Assembly (NCBI GenBank): GCA_026193295.1
Contig: JAPHSB010000414.1
Span: forward strand, 1 to 37,418
Length of the DNA: 37,418 bases
Direction: 5' to 3'
Source: Lysobacterales bacterium
Lineage (GTDB): Bacteria; Pseudomonadota; Gammaproteobacteria; Xanthomonadales; SZUA-36
Made by a program: the position numbers and the translations under genes. The notes beneath the pieces were generated by a model. That model had not been told where the DNA came from, searched no databases, and saw only the letters and a list, made by a program, of their open reading frames with translations. Below are positions 8,956-17,977 of this stretch, piece by piece (the stretch's first letter is position 1; each line of letters begins with the position of its first letter).

Positions 8956-10770
8956 TCAGTCACACTGCGGGTGAATGATCGCGGAATCGACCAGGCGGCC
9001 GTCGGTGTTGTAGATCTTCAGCTGCTGGCCCTGCAGGGTGATGAAGAAGCGGCCTTCTTCACCGTAGGCCCAATGCTTCCACTGCCGGCACCAAGTATTT
9101 CCCTCGATCCACCAGCGCCCCTCGTCGCAGTCCTCGTTGGCGTGTCCGGCGCGGCCCCGCATGCTGCCGTCGGCGCCGAGTTCGAAGGTGGCCGGGTCGC
9201 CATACACCGTCTGGTAGATCCAGTTCGAACCGGGCATCACGCGTGCGAGGTCCGCGGCGCGCAGCAGCGAGGAATCGCTTTCATCCAGCAACTCCGACTC
9301 GCCACTGGCAAGCTCCCACATCAGTTCCCGCAGCTGCTTCACGCCTTCGCGAATGCGCTCCGCCGGGATGCTGGTCACGCCCATGCGGAAGCAGTTGCGG
9401 GAAGCGCTCGGGACCGCGTAGTAGTGCGTGTCCGGCTCAATCAGAATGCCGCGCCGCGCCGCTTCCCGCGCCAGGGTTTCCACCGCGATGTTTTCCGGGC
9501 ACAACACCCAGAACACGGACCCGCCCTGGTTGGGCACGGTCACGAAGTGGGGGCGGTAGTGATTGAGGGCATCGCGCAGAGCCAGCCAGCGGCGACTGGT
9601 CTCCTGGTGCAGCTTCGACATGAATGCGTCGTAATGCCCCAGCGACAGGAACAGCGCCGCCGTCCGCTGGTTCAGCAGCGACGGCCTGCCGATGACCATT
9701 TGCCGCAGCTGCCGTGCTTCGCGAATCAACTCCGGCGCAGCGACGATGAAGCCGATACGCAGACCGGGCGCCAGTACCTTCGGCAGCGCCGAAACGTAAA
9801 TCACCCGGTTGTCGCTGTCCATGCTGCGTAATGCCGGGTGGGGCTGGCCGAGGAAGTTGCTTTCGTGTTCGAAATCGTCCTCGATGACCAGTTGATCGAG
9901 TTGGTGCGCTTTATTCAGCAGGGCGTGCCGGCGCTGGGTCGCCATGGTGACTGCCGTGGGAACCTGGTGGCTCGGCGTCACGTAGACAACCTGCGCCCGG
10001 TCGATACGGCTGCTGATCACCATGCCGTTTTCGTCTACCGGTTGCGCGATGACCTGTGCCTGCCGAAGCGCCAGCAACTGCCGCATCTTCGGGTTGCCCG
10101 GCTCTTCCATGACCACGGCGAGGTCCTTGGCGACCAGCAGTTGGGTCAACAGGTAGAGGGCGTTCTGCGCACCCACCGTGATCAGAATTTCGTCGGCTCG
10201 CGCGTGGATGCCCCGACGCGGCAGCATCTTGGTGCGGATTTGTTCGATCAGCTCGGGGTCGTCCGCGTCGCCCTCGGTGAGCGTCCCCTCGTTGACGATC
10301 CGCGCACCCAACGCCATGCGGCTCGCTTCGCGCCACTGCGCCGTCGGATAGAGCGAAGTATCGAAATGGCCGTCGATGAAGGGGTAGGGGTGTCGCTGCC
10401 AGTCATCGGGGAACTGGAAGCGCGGGCGCTTGCCGGCCTCGGTGCGGATGCGTTCCTTCCACCTGGTGTCGAGTTCCGCCTGCGCGGCGGACGGGCCGTG
10501 GAAGCCGATACGGCCTTCGAAAACGCCGGAGCTGACATAAATCCCGCTGCGTTCCCGGCTTTCCAGCAACCCCTCGTCGATCAGTTGTTCATAGGCCAGC
10601 ACGACGGTATTGCGCGCCACGCCGAGCTGCTCGGCCAGCTTGCGGGAAGCGGGCAGCCGAGAGCCGGCGGGGAAGGTCCCGGCCATGATGCCCTCGACCA
10701 GTTTCTGCCGAATTTGATGCTGCAGGCTGAGCCGGCTTTCAGGATCGAGGTAAATCAGCGCTTCGGACAC
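8956..10770 (-). CDS. MocR-like regulator (GntR winged-helix plus class-I aminotransferase-like domain) with an extra C-terminal module of about 115 aa
   Basis: 604 aa with a GTG start. N-terminal GntR HTH (LPASRKLAEQLGVARNTVVLAYEQLIDEGLL). Aminotransferase-fold region with the PLP-Lys context SALPKVLAPGLRIGFIV (K331). Residues about 490-604 (nt about 8959-9303) form an additional Trp/Cys-rich segment that I do not expect in MocR proteins. Confidence 0.85.
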   Translation of the reverse strand: MSEALIYLDPESRLSLQHQIRQKLVEGIMAGTFPAGSRLPASRKLAEQLGVARNTVVLAYEQLIDEGLLESRERSGIYVSSGVFEGRIGFHGPSAAQAELDTRWKERIRTEAGKRPRFQFPDDWQRHPYPFIDGHFDTSLYPTAQWREASRMALGARIVNEGTLTEGDADDPELIEQIRTKMLPRRGIHARADEILITVGAQNALYLLTQLLVAKDLAVVMEEPGNPKMRQLLALRQAQVIAQPVDENGMVISSRIDRAQVVYVTPSHQVPTAVTMATQRRHALLNKAHQLDQLVIEDDFEHESNFLGQPHPALRSMDSDNRVIYVSALPKVLAPGLRIGFIVAAPELIREARQLRQMVIGRPSLLNQRTAALFLSLGHYDAFMSKLHQETSRRWLALRDALNHYRPHFVTVPNQGGSVFWVLCPENIAVETLAREAARRGILIEPDTHYYAVPSASRNCFRMGVTSIPAERIREGVKQLRELMWELASGESELLDESDSSLLRAADLARVMPGSNWIYQTVYGDPATFELGADGSMRGRAGHANEDCDEGRWWIEGNTWCRQWKHWAYGEEGRFFITLQGQQLKIYNTDGRLVDSAIIHPQCD

Positions 10771-10777
10771 TTCCCGG

Positions 10778-11248
10778 CTAACCCCGCTTCATGATGCGCT
10801 TCTTCTGACGCTCCCAGTCGCGGTCTTTCTCGGTCTTGCGCTTGTCGTGCTGGCGCTTGCCCTTGGCCAGGCCAATTTCCACCTTGGCCTTGCCGCGCGA
10901 CCAGTACATGGCCGTAGGGATGACGGTGTAGCCCTGGCGATCCACTGCCCCCACCAGTCGGTCGATTTCCTTGCGGTGGAGCAACAACTTGCGGGTCCGT
11001 GTGGGGTCGGGCTTGAAGTGGGTCGATGCGGTCGGCAACGGATTGATCTGGCAGCCGAACAGAAACGCCTCGCCCTCCTTCAATAGCACATAGCTGTCAG
11101 CGAACTGCACGCGGCCCTCGCGCAGGGCTTTGACCTCCCAGCCTTCGAGCGCCAAGCCCGCCTCCAGGCGGTCCTCGATGTGGTATTCGAAGCGTGCCCG
11201 CTTGTTGACGGCGATGGTCTTTTTGCCTGATGTCTGCTGATGGGTCAT
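10778..11248 (-). CDS. smpB: SsrA-binding protein SmpB
   Basis: 156 aa. Strong family pattern: [35 protein letters not shown]...[11 protein letters not shown]...[30 protein letters not shown]. Confidence 0.95.
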   Translation of the reverse strand: MTHQQTSGKKTIAVNKRARFEYHIEDRLEAGLALEGWEVKALREGRVQFADSYVLLKEGEAFLFGCQINPLPTASTHFKPDPTRTRKLLLHRKEIDRLVGAVDRQGYTVIPTAMYWSRGKAKVEIGLAKGKRQHDKRKTEKDRDWERQKKRIMKRG

Positions 11249-11365
11249 CGGATTTCAGTGTCGGCGGAATGCGGTCATGCCGCCCAGTCCGCTATTCTAC
11301 GTGGTCCGTCGGCGCTCATGCTATGCTTGCGGCGCCCGGCGCCCGCACTGAAGTTAACCGAACGC

Positions 11366-11797
11366 ATGGAAATCAGGAGATCCGCACTCGTTTTGCACCC
11401 GGCCATGGACATGTTCCGGCTGGTGCAGGACGTGCCGGCATACCCGGAGTTCCTGGGCTGGTGCGCGAGTTCGCAAGTGCATGAACAGACTGCCGAGCAC
11501 CAGGTGGCCACTCTGGTGGTGAAAGTGAGCGGCGTGACCCAGTCTTTCACCACGCACAATCGCTTCGTACCGGGTGAGCGACTCACGCTGTCGCTGGTTG
11601 ACGGGCCATTCCGTCACCTGACCGGGGAGTGGCTGTTCGAGCCCCTCGGCAGCGAGGGCAGCAAGGTAACCCTGGTGTTGAGCTTCGACTTCTCCAGCAA
11701 GGTCCTGTCCTCCGCGTTCCGGCGCGGCTTCACCCACATCGCAGACCGACTGGTCAGTGAGTTCAGCCAACGGGCGGATGCGGTTTATGGCCCCTGA
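11366..11797 (+). CDS. ratA: RatA/YfjG-type SRPBCC (START-like, CoQ-binding COQ10-like) protein
   Basis: The ORF track starts at 11240. I trimmed to the ATG at 11366 (MEIRRSALVLHPAMDMFRLVQDVPAYPEFLGWC...), which resembles the RatA/polyketide-cyclase SRPBCC family and occupies the conserved position divergent from smpB. Confidence 0.8.
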   Translation: MEIRRSALVLHPAMDMFRLVQDVPAYPEFLGWCASSQVHEQTAEHQVATLVVKVSGVTQSFTTHNRFVPGERLTLSLVDGPFRHLTGEWLFEPLGSEGSKVTLVLSFDFSSKVLSSAFRRGFTHIADRLVSEFSQRADAVYGP

Positions 11798-12092
11798 CCC
11801 CGATACCGCCACCGTGTCGGTGGAGGTGGCATACGCAACGCCCAAGCGTCAGCTGATCGTGCCCATTGAAGTCCCGGTGGGGTGCACGGTGGAGCAGGCG
11901 ATCGAACTATCCGGCATTCGGGAACGCTTTCCCGACATGCAAGTGGATCGGGACAACGTGGGGATCTTCAGCCGCAAGGTGGCGCTGGACCAGACCCTGC
12001 TGGATGGCGACCGGGTTGAAATCTACCGGCCTCTGATTGCGGACCCCAAGGAGGCGCGCCGGGCACGGGCGAACGTTCCGCGAAGGCGATGA
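11784..12092 (+). CDS. rnfH: RnfH family (UPF0125) ubiquitin-fold protein
   Basis: I trimmed to the ATG at 11784, which overlaps the ratA stop by 14 nt. VEVAYATPKRQLIVPIEVPVGCTVEQAI..SGI...FP......VGIFSR......L.DGDRVEIYRPL..DPKEARR is the RnfH signature, and the ratA-rnfH pairing is conserved. Confidence 0.8.
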   Translation, partial: FMAPDPDTATVSVEVAYATPKRQLIVPIEVPVGCTVEQAIELSGIRERFPDMQVDRDNVGIFSRKVALDQTLLDGDRVEIYRPLIADPKEARRARANVPRRR

Positions 12093-12136
12093 ACCGGAGG
12101 GGTTTTCGGCGAAACCGGGCGAAGAATCGACCCCGG

Positions 12137-12691
12137 CTACCCGTCGATATCGGGTCCAAGCGGCCCGTCTTTTGGCGTCTGATCGAGCACGTCGCGGTCT
12201 TTTGAGCTGCGGTCGGGCACGGTGTCGATGTCCGGATCGGTCTTTTTGCCCAACACTTCGTCTTCCGCCGATTCCAGCGATGCATCCTGCGGGCTGGCGT
12301 CAGGTTTCTTGACGAAAGACGCGACGGCGCCGGAAGAGGCCGCGGGCGAGCTGCTGGACTGGGACGCCGATGCCGCAAAGGGATCGCTCTGGCCCACGAT
12401 TTCGCTGAGCAGACCGTCCTCGAAGCGCAGGGTGACCGTTCGCTGCACCATATCGCTGCCACGCCGGCTGAATGTCTGCACATAGTCCCAACGGTCGGGT
12501 TGAAACGGATCCTTGATCGATGGCGTGCCGAGCACGAACAGGACCTGGCGCTGGTTCATGCCGATGTACAGTTCATCCAGCTCTTCCTGTTCCAGTGCGT
12601 TGCCCTGTTGAATGTTCTGCTTGTAGATCAAATTACAGCCCGTGCCCGCGAACAGGACCAGGGAGGAGCATAGAATCAAACGGATGATCAT
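12137..12691 (-). CDS. bamE: Outer-membrane assembly lipoprotein BamE (SmpA/OmlA) with a long Ser/Asp-rich C-terminal tail
   Basis: I trimmed to the ATG at 12691 (MIIRLILCSSLVLFAGTGC, lipobox). YKQNIQQGN......L..GM...QV...LGTP......F...RWDYV is the BamE core. About 80 aa of low-complexity tail follow. Located next to fur, as in Pseudomonas omlA-fur. Confidence 0.8.
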   Translation of the reverse strand: MIIRLILCSSLVLFAGTGCNLIYKQNIQQGNALEQEELDELYIGMNQRQVLFVLGTPSIKDPFQPDRWDYVQTFSRRGSDMVQRTVTLRFEDGLLSEIVGQSDPFAASASQSSSSPAASSGAVASFVKKPDASPQDASLESAEDEVLGKKTDPDIDTVPDRSSKDRDVLDQTPKDGPLGPDIDG

Positions 12692-12819
12692 CGTGACGGG
12701 GATCCGGAATTTGCGCGTGGTGCGGAAAGCGTGAATGATACAATAAAGCCCGCTCGGCAAGTAAGTGCCAACCCGGATTTAAGTACGCTTCGCTTTACAT
12801 GAACAGGCGGTGAAAGGCA

Positions 12820-13227
12820 GTGGAACCGAGACATCTGAAAAATGCCGGCCTCAAGGTCACACATCCGCGCAAGCGCATCCTGGAGATCCTGGAAAGCCAG
12901 CGCAGCAAGCACCTGACGGCCGACGATATTTACCGACGCCTGGTCGAAGCCGGTGAAGAAATCGGATTGGCCACTGTCTACCGCGTTCTGAACCAGTTCG
13001 AAAGCGCCGGCCTGGTGGTCAAACACAACTTCGAAAGCGGCCAGGCCTACTATGAACTCGATTCGGGGGAACACCACGACCACATGGTCTGCGTCGAAAC
13101 GGGCAAGGTCATCGAGTTCGTCAGCGAGGAGATCGAAGCGGCCCAGCGGAAAATTGCCGACGCCCACGGTTACGACATCGAGGACCATAGCCTGGTCATT
13201 TACGTAAGGCCGCGACGCAAATCCTAG
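12820..13227 (+). CDS. fur: Ferric uptake regulator Fur
   Basis: 135 aa with a GTG start. LKNAGLKVTHPRKRILEIL......HLTADDIYRRL...GEEIGLATVYRVLNQFESAGLV..HNFE.G...YEL....HHDHMVC..TGKVIEF is a near-textbook Fur sequence. Confidence 0.95.
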   Translation: MEPRHLKNAGLKVTHPRKRILEILESQRSKHLTADDIYRRLVEAGEEIGLATVYRVLNQFESAGLVVKHNFESGQAYYELDSGEHHDHMVCVETGKVIEFVSEEIEAAQRKIADAHGYDIEDHSLVIYVRPRRKS

Positions 13228-13250
13228 GCAGGCCATACACCTGCGGTTCT

Positions 13251-14924
13251 TCAGTGTTGGGTGGCGGCCGTTGCCAACAATTCAGAGGCATGCGCCCGGC
13301 TCTGCGCCGATAGCCGTCCACCCAGCATGCGTGCGATCTCATCGATCCGATCCGCTTCCCGAAGCACGCTTGTGCGGACCCGCGTCTCCTGCTGGTCCGT
13401 CGTTTTGAGTACCTGAATCTGCTGGTCCGCGAACACGGCGACCTGTGCCAGATGCGTCACGCACAGGGCCTGGCCGCCCGCCGCCAGGCTGCGCAGCAGG
13501 GCGCCGACGGCATTGGCCGTATCCCCGCCGATGCCGGCGTCCACTTCGTCGAATACCTGGGTCACTGCGCCGGAGCCCAAGCGGGACGCTACCTTTATGG
13601 CCAGGCTGATGCGCGACAATTCACCCCCGGAGGCGACCTTGCGCAGCGGTCCCGGCGCGATGCCCGGATTGGCGCTGACCCGCAATTCCAGCCGGTCGCT
13701 GCCGCGCAGGGAAGGGTCTTGCCCGGTGTCGTGTTGAACATCGAATTCGAAGCGGCCCCCGGCCATCCCCAGTTCCTGCATCAGGTCCGTCACGCTCCCG
13801 GCCAGTTCGGTCGCGCGCGAAGCACGCTGGCTGTGCACTGCTTTCGCCGCTTCCCGGTAGACCTGCAGGGCGGCGGCAAGCTCGCGATCGATCTCCTGCA
13901 GCCGCTGCTCCAGTGAGCCGGCCCGTTCGAGGCGTGACCGCAGCTGCTCGAGGACTTCCGGCAACATCTCGGGTTCGACCCGGTGCTTGCGCGCCAGGTC
14001 GTGCTGAACGCCCAATTGGCGTTCGAGCCGATTCATCCGTTCGGGGCTCAGGTCGAGGCGCGACAGGGCCGCCTGGATGCTGTTGAGTGCTTCGTCACAG
14101 TTGATCACGGCTTCGCGCAATAATGCCGCGGCCGCGGCGATGTCGCGATCCAGAGCGGCATGACGGTCCAGCCGGTCCGCGGCGTGGTGCAGCGCTCGGC
14201 TGGCGCCGGACGGGTCCGCATCCAGGGTCTGCGCCGCCGATTCAAGCGCCTCGACGATGTCGCTGCCGCGGGCGAGTATCCGGTGCTCTGCCTCCAACTC
14301 GGCAAATTCGCCTGGTGGCAACATGTCGTCTTCCAGTTCCTGCAGCTGGTACTGCAGCAGATCGCGGTCGCCCGCGTCGAGCGGTTTTTCGTCAAGCAGC
14401 GAACGTCGCTCGGCGTCGAGCGACTGCCAGGTCCGGAAGCACTCCTGCATTTCCCGCAGTTCCCGGTCGTGGCTGCCGCCACCGTCGAGCAGCCGGAACT
14501 GCTCGTCACTGCGGATCAACCGTATGTGCTCATTCTGTCCATGGATCTCGACCAGCAAATCGCCGAGTTCGGAAAGCTGCTGCAGCGTGACGACGGTGCC
14601 GTTGATCCATGCCCGGGAGCGGCCATTCGCGGCGATCATGCGACGCAGCAGGCAAGACTGGCCATCGTCGAGTTCCGCGCTACCAAGCCACTCCAGGGCC
14701 GGGTCGCCGGGGGCCAGCAAGAATTCGGCACTGAGCTCCGCCTTGTCCGCATTGCCGCGGATGGCGCTGGTGTCCGCCCGTTCACCGCACAGCAAGCCGA
14801 GGGCGCCGACCAGGATGGACTTGCCCGCCCCGGTCTCCCCGGTGATACAGGTGAATCCGCCGCTCACCTCCAGGTCCAGGGAGTCGACGATGGCATAGTC
14901 GCGGATTTGCAGGAAACGGAGCAT
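13251..14924 (-). CDS. recN: DNA repair protein RecN
   Basis: 557 aa. N-terminal Walker A (FTCITGETGAGKSILVGALGLL), a long coiled-coil middle region, and a C-terminal SMC signature (ASGGELSRISLAIKV...VFDEVDAGIGG). Confidence 0.95.
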   Translation of the reverse strand: MLRFLQIRDYAIVDSLDLEVSGGFTCITGETGAGKSILVGALGLLCGERADTSAIRGNADKAELSAEFLLAPGDPALEWLGSAELDDGQSCLLRRMIAANGRSRAWINGTVVTLQQLSELGDLLVEIHGQNEHIRLIRSDEQFRLLDGGGSHDRELREMQECFRTWQSLDAERRSLLDEKPLDAGDRDLLQYQLQELEDDMLPPGEFAELEAEHRILARGSDIVEALESAAQTLDADPSGASRALHHAADRLDRHAALDRDIAAAAALLREAVINCDEALNSIQAALSRLDLSPERMNRLERQLGVQHDLARKHRVEPEMLPEVLEQLRSRLERAGSLEQRLQEIDRELAAALQVYREAAKAVHSQRASRATELAGSVTDLMQELGMAGGRFEFDVQHDTGQDPSLRGSDRLELRVSANPGIAPGPLRKVASGGELSRISLAIKVASRLGSGAVTQVFDEVDAGIGGDTANAVGALLRSLAAGGQALCVTHLAQVAVFADQQIQVLKTTDQQETRVRTSVLREADRIDEIARMLGGRLSAQSRAHASELLATAATQH

Positions 14925-15002
14925 CTGCGGAGCCTGGCTGGGTCGGCCTTCAAGCTAGCATGCGACGCCGTTCCCGGCAATCCGCCCAGTGCAGGAAATC
15001 CG

Positions 15003-15030
15003 CTTGAATGCGCCTGCCCTAACCCCATAT
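15003..15030 (+). promoter_or_regulatory. sigma32 (RpoH) heat-shock promoter for grpE
   Basis: CTTGAAT (15003-15009), a 13-nt spacer, then CCCCATAT (15023-15030). The consensus is CTTGAAA-N13-15-CCCCATnT. It sits about 73 nt upstream of the grpE ATG. Confidence 0.6.
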
Positions 15031-15102
15031 TGGCTGGGGAATGCAACAGGATATTTAACGGCCGGGCAGTTTGCGCGCAGCCGACAGGAGACCGAAAACG
15101 TG

Positions 15103-15681
15103 ATGCAAGGAAACAAGGCCAACCCATTCGAAGAGCCGGTGGAAGTCGAACTGCAGGGGGCTGCCGGCTCGCCGGACCAACCGGTCGACCCCTCGGGGGC
15201 AGCGGTTGGCGACGACGCCACCCCGGACGAAGCGCTGGCGAAGGCCGAGGAAGACTTGGCCAGGCACCGGGACGCGATGCTGCGCATGCAGGCGGAGATG
15301 GATAATCTGCGCAAGCGACTGGCGCGTGATGCCGAGAAATCGCGCAAGTTCGCGCTGGAACGGATCATGAAAGACCTGCTGCAGGTGTGCGACAGCATGG
15401 AGCGCGGGCTCGAGCTTGCGAATGGATCAGCCACCGTCGAATTGATGCGGGAAGGCCAGGAGTTGACGCTGAAGATGCTGGCCAAGGTCCTGCAGGATCA
15501 CGATCTCGAGGTGATCGATCCGGCGGGGCAGCCATTCGACCCGGAGTGGCACGAGGCGATGACGGTCATGCCGTCGGAAGAGCTGGATGAAAACACGGTC
15601 ATGGAAGTGCTGCAAAAGGGTTACCGGCTGCACGACCGGCTGATCCGGCCCGCCATGGTAGTGGTGTCGCGCAAACCGTGA
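15103..15681 (+). CDS. grpE: Nucleotide exchange factor GrpE
   Basis: The ORF track starts at 14989. I trimmed to the ATG at 15103 (MQGNKANPFEE...), preceded by AGGAGA. LRMQAEMDNLRKR..RD.EK.RKFALE....DLL.V.DS.ERGL and a C-terminal GY.L.DR.IRPAMV.V are the GrpE hallmarks. Confidence 0.9.
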   Translation: MQGNKANPFEEPVEVELQGAAGSPDQPVDPSGAAVGDDATPDEALAKAEEDLARHRDAMLRMQAEMDNLRKRLARDAEKSRKFALERIMKDLLQVCDSMERGLELANGSATVELMREGQELTLKMLAKVLQDHDLEVIDPAGQPFDPEWHEAMTVMPSEELDENTVMEVLQKGYRLHDRLIRPAMVVVSRKP

Positions 15682-15721
15682 TCCGGCTTCGTTCAGTGGC
15701 CCCGGCCACGCATTGAAAAAA

Positions 15722-15749
15722 GGTTGTTCAACCCCATCTTTTGGACATC
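15722..15749 (+). promoter_or_regulatory. sigma32 (RpoH) heat-shock promoter for dnaK
   Basis: ATTGAAA (15722-15728), a 13-nt spacer, then CCCCATCT (15742-15749), 35 nt upstream of the dnaK ATG. GGAG RBS at about 15772. Confidence 0.6.
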
Positions 15750-15783
15750 GAATTATCGGGTATCATTTTTGGAGTAATCGCAC

Positions 15784-17700
15784 ATGGGCAAAATCATAGG
15801 TATCGACCTCGGCACCACCAACTCCTGCGTCGCAGTGATGGAAGGTGGCACGCCCAAGGTCATCGAAAACGCCGAAGGGGACCGGACCACGCCGTCGATT
15901 GTCGCCTTCACCAAGGATGACGAAATCCTGGTGGGACAGCCCGCCAAGCGCCAGGCGGTCACCAACCCCGCCAACACGCTGTACGCGGTGAAGCGCCTGA
16001 TCGGCCGCAAGTACAGCGAGGACGTGGTTCAGAAGGATCGGGACCTGGTGCCGTACAAGATTGTCGAAGCCAACAATGGCGACGCCTGGGTAGTGGGCGG
16101 CGGCAAGAAGATGGCGCCACCGGAGGTGTCCGCGCGGGTGCTGATGAAGATGAAGAAGACCGCCGAGGACTATCTGGGCGAGGAAGTTACCGAGGCCGTC
16201 ATCACGGTTCCGGCGTATTTCAACGACTCTCAGCGGCAGGCCACCAAGGACGCCGGCAAGATCGCAGGCCTGACGGTCAAGCGCATCATCAACGAGCCGA
16301 CCGCGGCCGCGCTGGCCTACGGCATGGACAAGAAGCACGGTGATCGCAAGATCGCGGTCTACGATCTGGGCGGCGGCACGTTCGACATTTCGATCATCGA
16401 AATCGCGGAAGTCGACGGCGAGCACCAGTTCGAAGTGCTGGCCACCAACGGCGACACCTTCCTGGGTGGCGAGGACTTCGACAAGCGGGTCATCGATTAC
16501 CTGGTCGAAGTGTTCAAGAAGGAGCAGGGCTTCGACCTGCGCAACGATCCGCTGGCGTTACAGCGCCTTAAAGAGGCTGCCGAACGCGCCAAGATCGAGC
16601 TTTCCAGCGGCCAGCAGACCGAGGTCAACCTGCCGTACATCACGGCCGATGCCAGCGGGCCCAAGCATCTGAACATCAAGCTGACGCGGGCCAAGCTGGA
16701 GTCGCTGGTCGACGACCTGGTAACGCGAACCATCGGCCCGTGCCGGATCGCGCTGGATGATGCCGGCCTCAAGATCGGCGATGTCCAGGAAGTGATCCTG
16801 GTCGGCGGCCAGACCCGCATGCCCAAGGTGCAGGAGGCCGTGGCCGGTTTCTTCGGTCGTGAGCCGCGCAAGGACGTAAACCCGGACGAGGCCGTGGCCG
16901 TGGGCGCGGCGATCCAGGGCGGGGTGCTGGCCGGCGACGTCAAAGATGTCCTGCTGCTCGACGTGACGCCCCTCTCGCTGGGCATCGAGACGCTGGGCGG
17001 CGTCATGACGAAGCTGATCGAGAAGAACACCACGATTCCGACCAAGGCGTCGCAGATCTTCTCGACGGCCGAGGACAACCAGACGGCGGTCACGGTGCAC
17101 GTGCTGCAGGGTGAGCGCGAAATGGCCTCGGCCAACAAGTCGCTGGCGCGGTTCGACCTTGCGGGTATTTCCGCGGCGCCGCGCGGCATGCCCCAAATCG
17201 AAGTGACCTTCGACATCGACGCCAATGGCATCATGCACGTCGGCGCCACCGACAAGGCGACCGGCAAGGAACAGAAGATCGAGATCAAGGCAGGTTCTGG
17301 CCTGAGCGACGACGAGATCGACCGCATGGTCAAGGATGCCGAGGTGCATGCCGAGGAGGATCGCAAGTTCCATGAGTTGGTCACCGCCCGCAATACCGCC
17401 GATGCGATCGTGCACGCCACTCGCTCCAGCCTGAAGGAGATGGGCGACAAGCTCAGCGAGGACGAGCGCAAGGAAGTCGAGCAGGCCATCGAAGGTGTCG
17501 AGGCAGCCATGAAGGGCGACGACAAGGCCACCATCGACCAGGCGGTTGAAAAACTGTCCACCGCTGGCCAGGTGATCCACCAGAAAGCCACCGCGGAAGC
17601 GCAGGCCCAGCAGGAAGCGCCGGGCGAAGCCAAGGCCTCCGATGACGACGTGGTCGACGCCGAGTTCGAGGAAGTGGACGAGGACAAGAAGACCGGCTGA
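15784..17700 (+). CDS. dnaK: Molecular chaperone DnaK (Hsp70)
   Basis: 638 aa. [42 protein letters not shown] and an acidic C-terminal tail. Unmistakable Hsp70. Confidence 0.98.
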   Translation: MGKIIGIDLGTTNSCVAVMEGGTPKVIENAEGDRTTPSIVAFTKDDEILVGQPAKRQAVTNPANTLYAVKRLIGRKYSEDVVQKDRDLVPYKIVEANNGDAWVVGGGKKMAPPEVSARVLMKMKKTAEDYLGEEVTEAVITVPAYFNDSQRQATKDAGKIAGLTVKRIINEPTAAALAYGMDKKHGDRKIAVYDLGGGTFDISIIEIAEVDGEHQFEVLATNGDTFLGGEDFDKRVIDYLVEVFKKEQGFDLRNDPLALQRLKEAAERAKIELSSGQQTEVNLPYITADASGPKHLNIKLTRAKLESLVDDLVTRTIGPCRIALDDAGLKIGDVQEVILVGGQTRMPKVQEAVAGFFGREPRKDVNPDEAVAVGAAIQGGVLAGDVKDVLLLDVTPLSLGIETLGGVMTKLIEKNTTIPTKASQIFSTAEDNQTAVTVHVLQGEREMASANKSLARFDLAGISAAPRGMPQIEVTFDIDANGIMHVGATDKATGKEQKIEIKAGSGLSDDEIDRMVKDAEVHAEEDRKFHELVTARNTADAIVHATRSSLKEMGDKLSEDERKEVEQAIEGVEAAMKGDDKATIDQAVEKLSTAGQVIHQKATAEAQAQQEAPGEAKASDDDVVDAEFEEVDEDKKTG

Positions 17701-17724
17701 TCCCGGTTCCTGGGAAGACAAAAA

Positions 17725-17751
17725 AGCCCGGCTCTGGCCGGGCTTTTTTTG
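17725..17751 (+). terminator. Rho-independent terminator after dnaK
   Basis: AGCCCGGC (17725-17732), loop TCTG, GCCGGGCT (17737-17744), followed directly by a T run to 17750. It is preceded by an A run, so it could work in both directions. Confidence 0.8.
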
Positions 17752-17948
17752 TTGTGTCAAGTCAATGGCGGTGGGCTTGGCCAGAAACCCCGGAATTGTC
17801 TGGAGGAGGTATCGGGTATTCCGGTGCAGGATTGTAGCCCGCCCACGGGCGGGCTTCGAGCGCCCGGGGATGGCTTGAGCGCGTCCTGAACCGGAGTGCC
17901 CGATAGTTCCCATCGACGGGAATAAGGTCGCGAACAAGGTCAGTCCTA

Positions 17949-17977
17949 CTTGAATTGGCCACTACCAAGCCCTAAAT
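17949..17977 (+). promoter_or_regulatory. sigma32-like promoter for dnaJ (weaker match)
   Basis: CTTGAAT (17949-17955), a 14-nt spacer, then CCCTAAAT (17970-17977), about 32 nt upstream of the dnaJ ATG. The -10 deviates from CCCCATnT at two positions. Confidence 0.4.

Noticed and set aside
8823-8963. N-terminal extensions given by the ORF track for several genes: nitrilase to 8963, MFS to 2380, TBDR to 7847, ratA from 11240, grpE from 14989, greA from 23601, bamE to 12760, the ACADs to 33463 and 34676, and the secreted protein to 37069
   Set aside because: In each case an internal start codon has a good Shine-Dalgarno sequence, matches the expected family N-terminus, and removes an overlap with the neighbouring gene. 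The extensions are Arg/Ala/Pro-rich with no recognisable features.
11366-12092. ratA-rnfH pair as a possible toxin-antitoxin or defence module
   Set aside because: RatA-family proteins are often annotated as type II toxins. However, this pair sits in the conserved smpB-ratA-rnfH-bamE-fur housekeeping context found widely in gammaproteobacteria, so there is no indication of a mobile or defence-island setting.
12731-12749. Fur-box-like sequence GTGAATGATACAATAAAGC in the bamE-fur divergent region
   Set aside because: By my count only about 10 of 19 positions match the GATAATGATAATCATTATC consensus, which is too weak to call. No better Fur box was seen upstream of the TonB-dependent receptor either.
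14925-15002. Expected LexA (SOS) box upstream of recN
   Set aside because: I searched by eye for CTGT-N8-ACAG and for a TTAGTA..TACTAA-type box and found neither. The box may be divergent in this lineage or lie elsewhere, so no feature is reported.
15706-15719. GTGGCC-CC-GGCCAC hairpin after grpE as a terminator
   Set aside because: The loop is only 2 nt and no downstream T-run follows. It overlaps the region just upstream of the dnaK sigma32 promoter, so the evidence for termination is insufficient.
16497-17937. Very long minus-strand ORFs (396 aa and 459 aa) antisense to dnaK
   Set aside because: They overlap the unmistakable dnaK frame entirely. The translations are low-complexity and rich in Ser, Ala, Arg and Leu, with no motifs. 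Long antisense ORFs are a known artefact of GC-rich, stop-poor sequence, and of hsp70 genes in particular.
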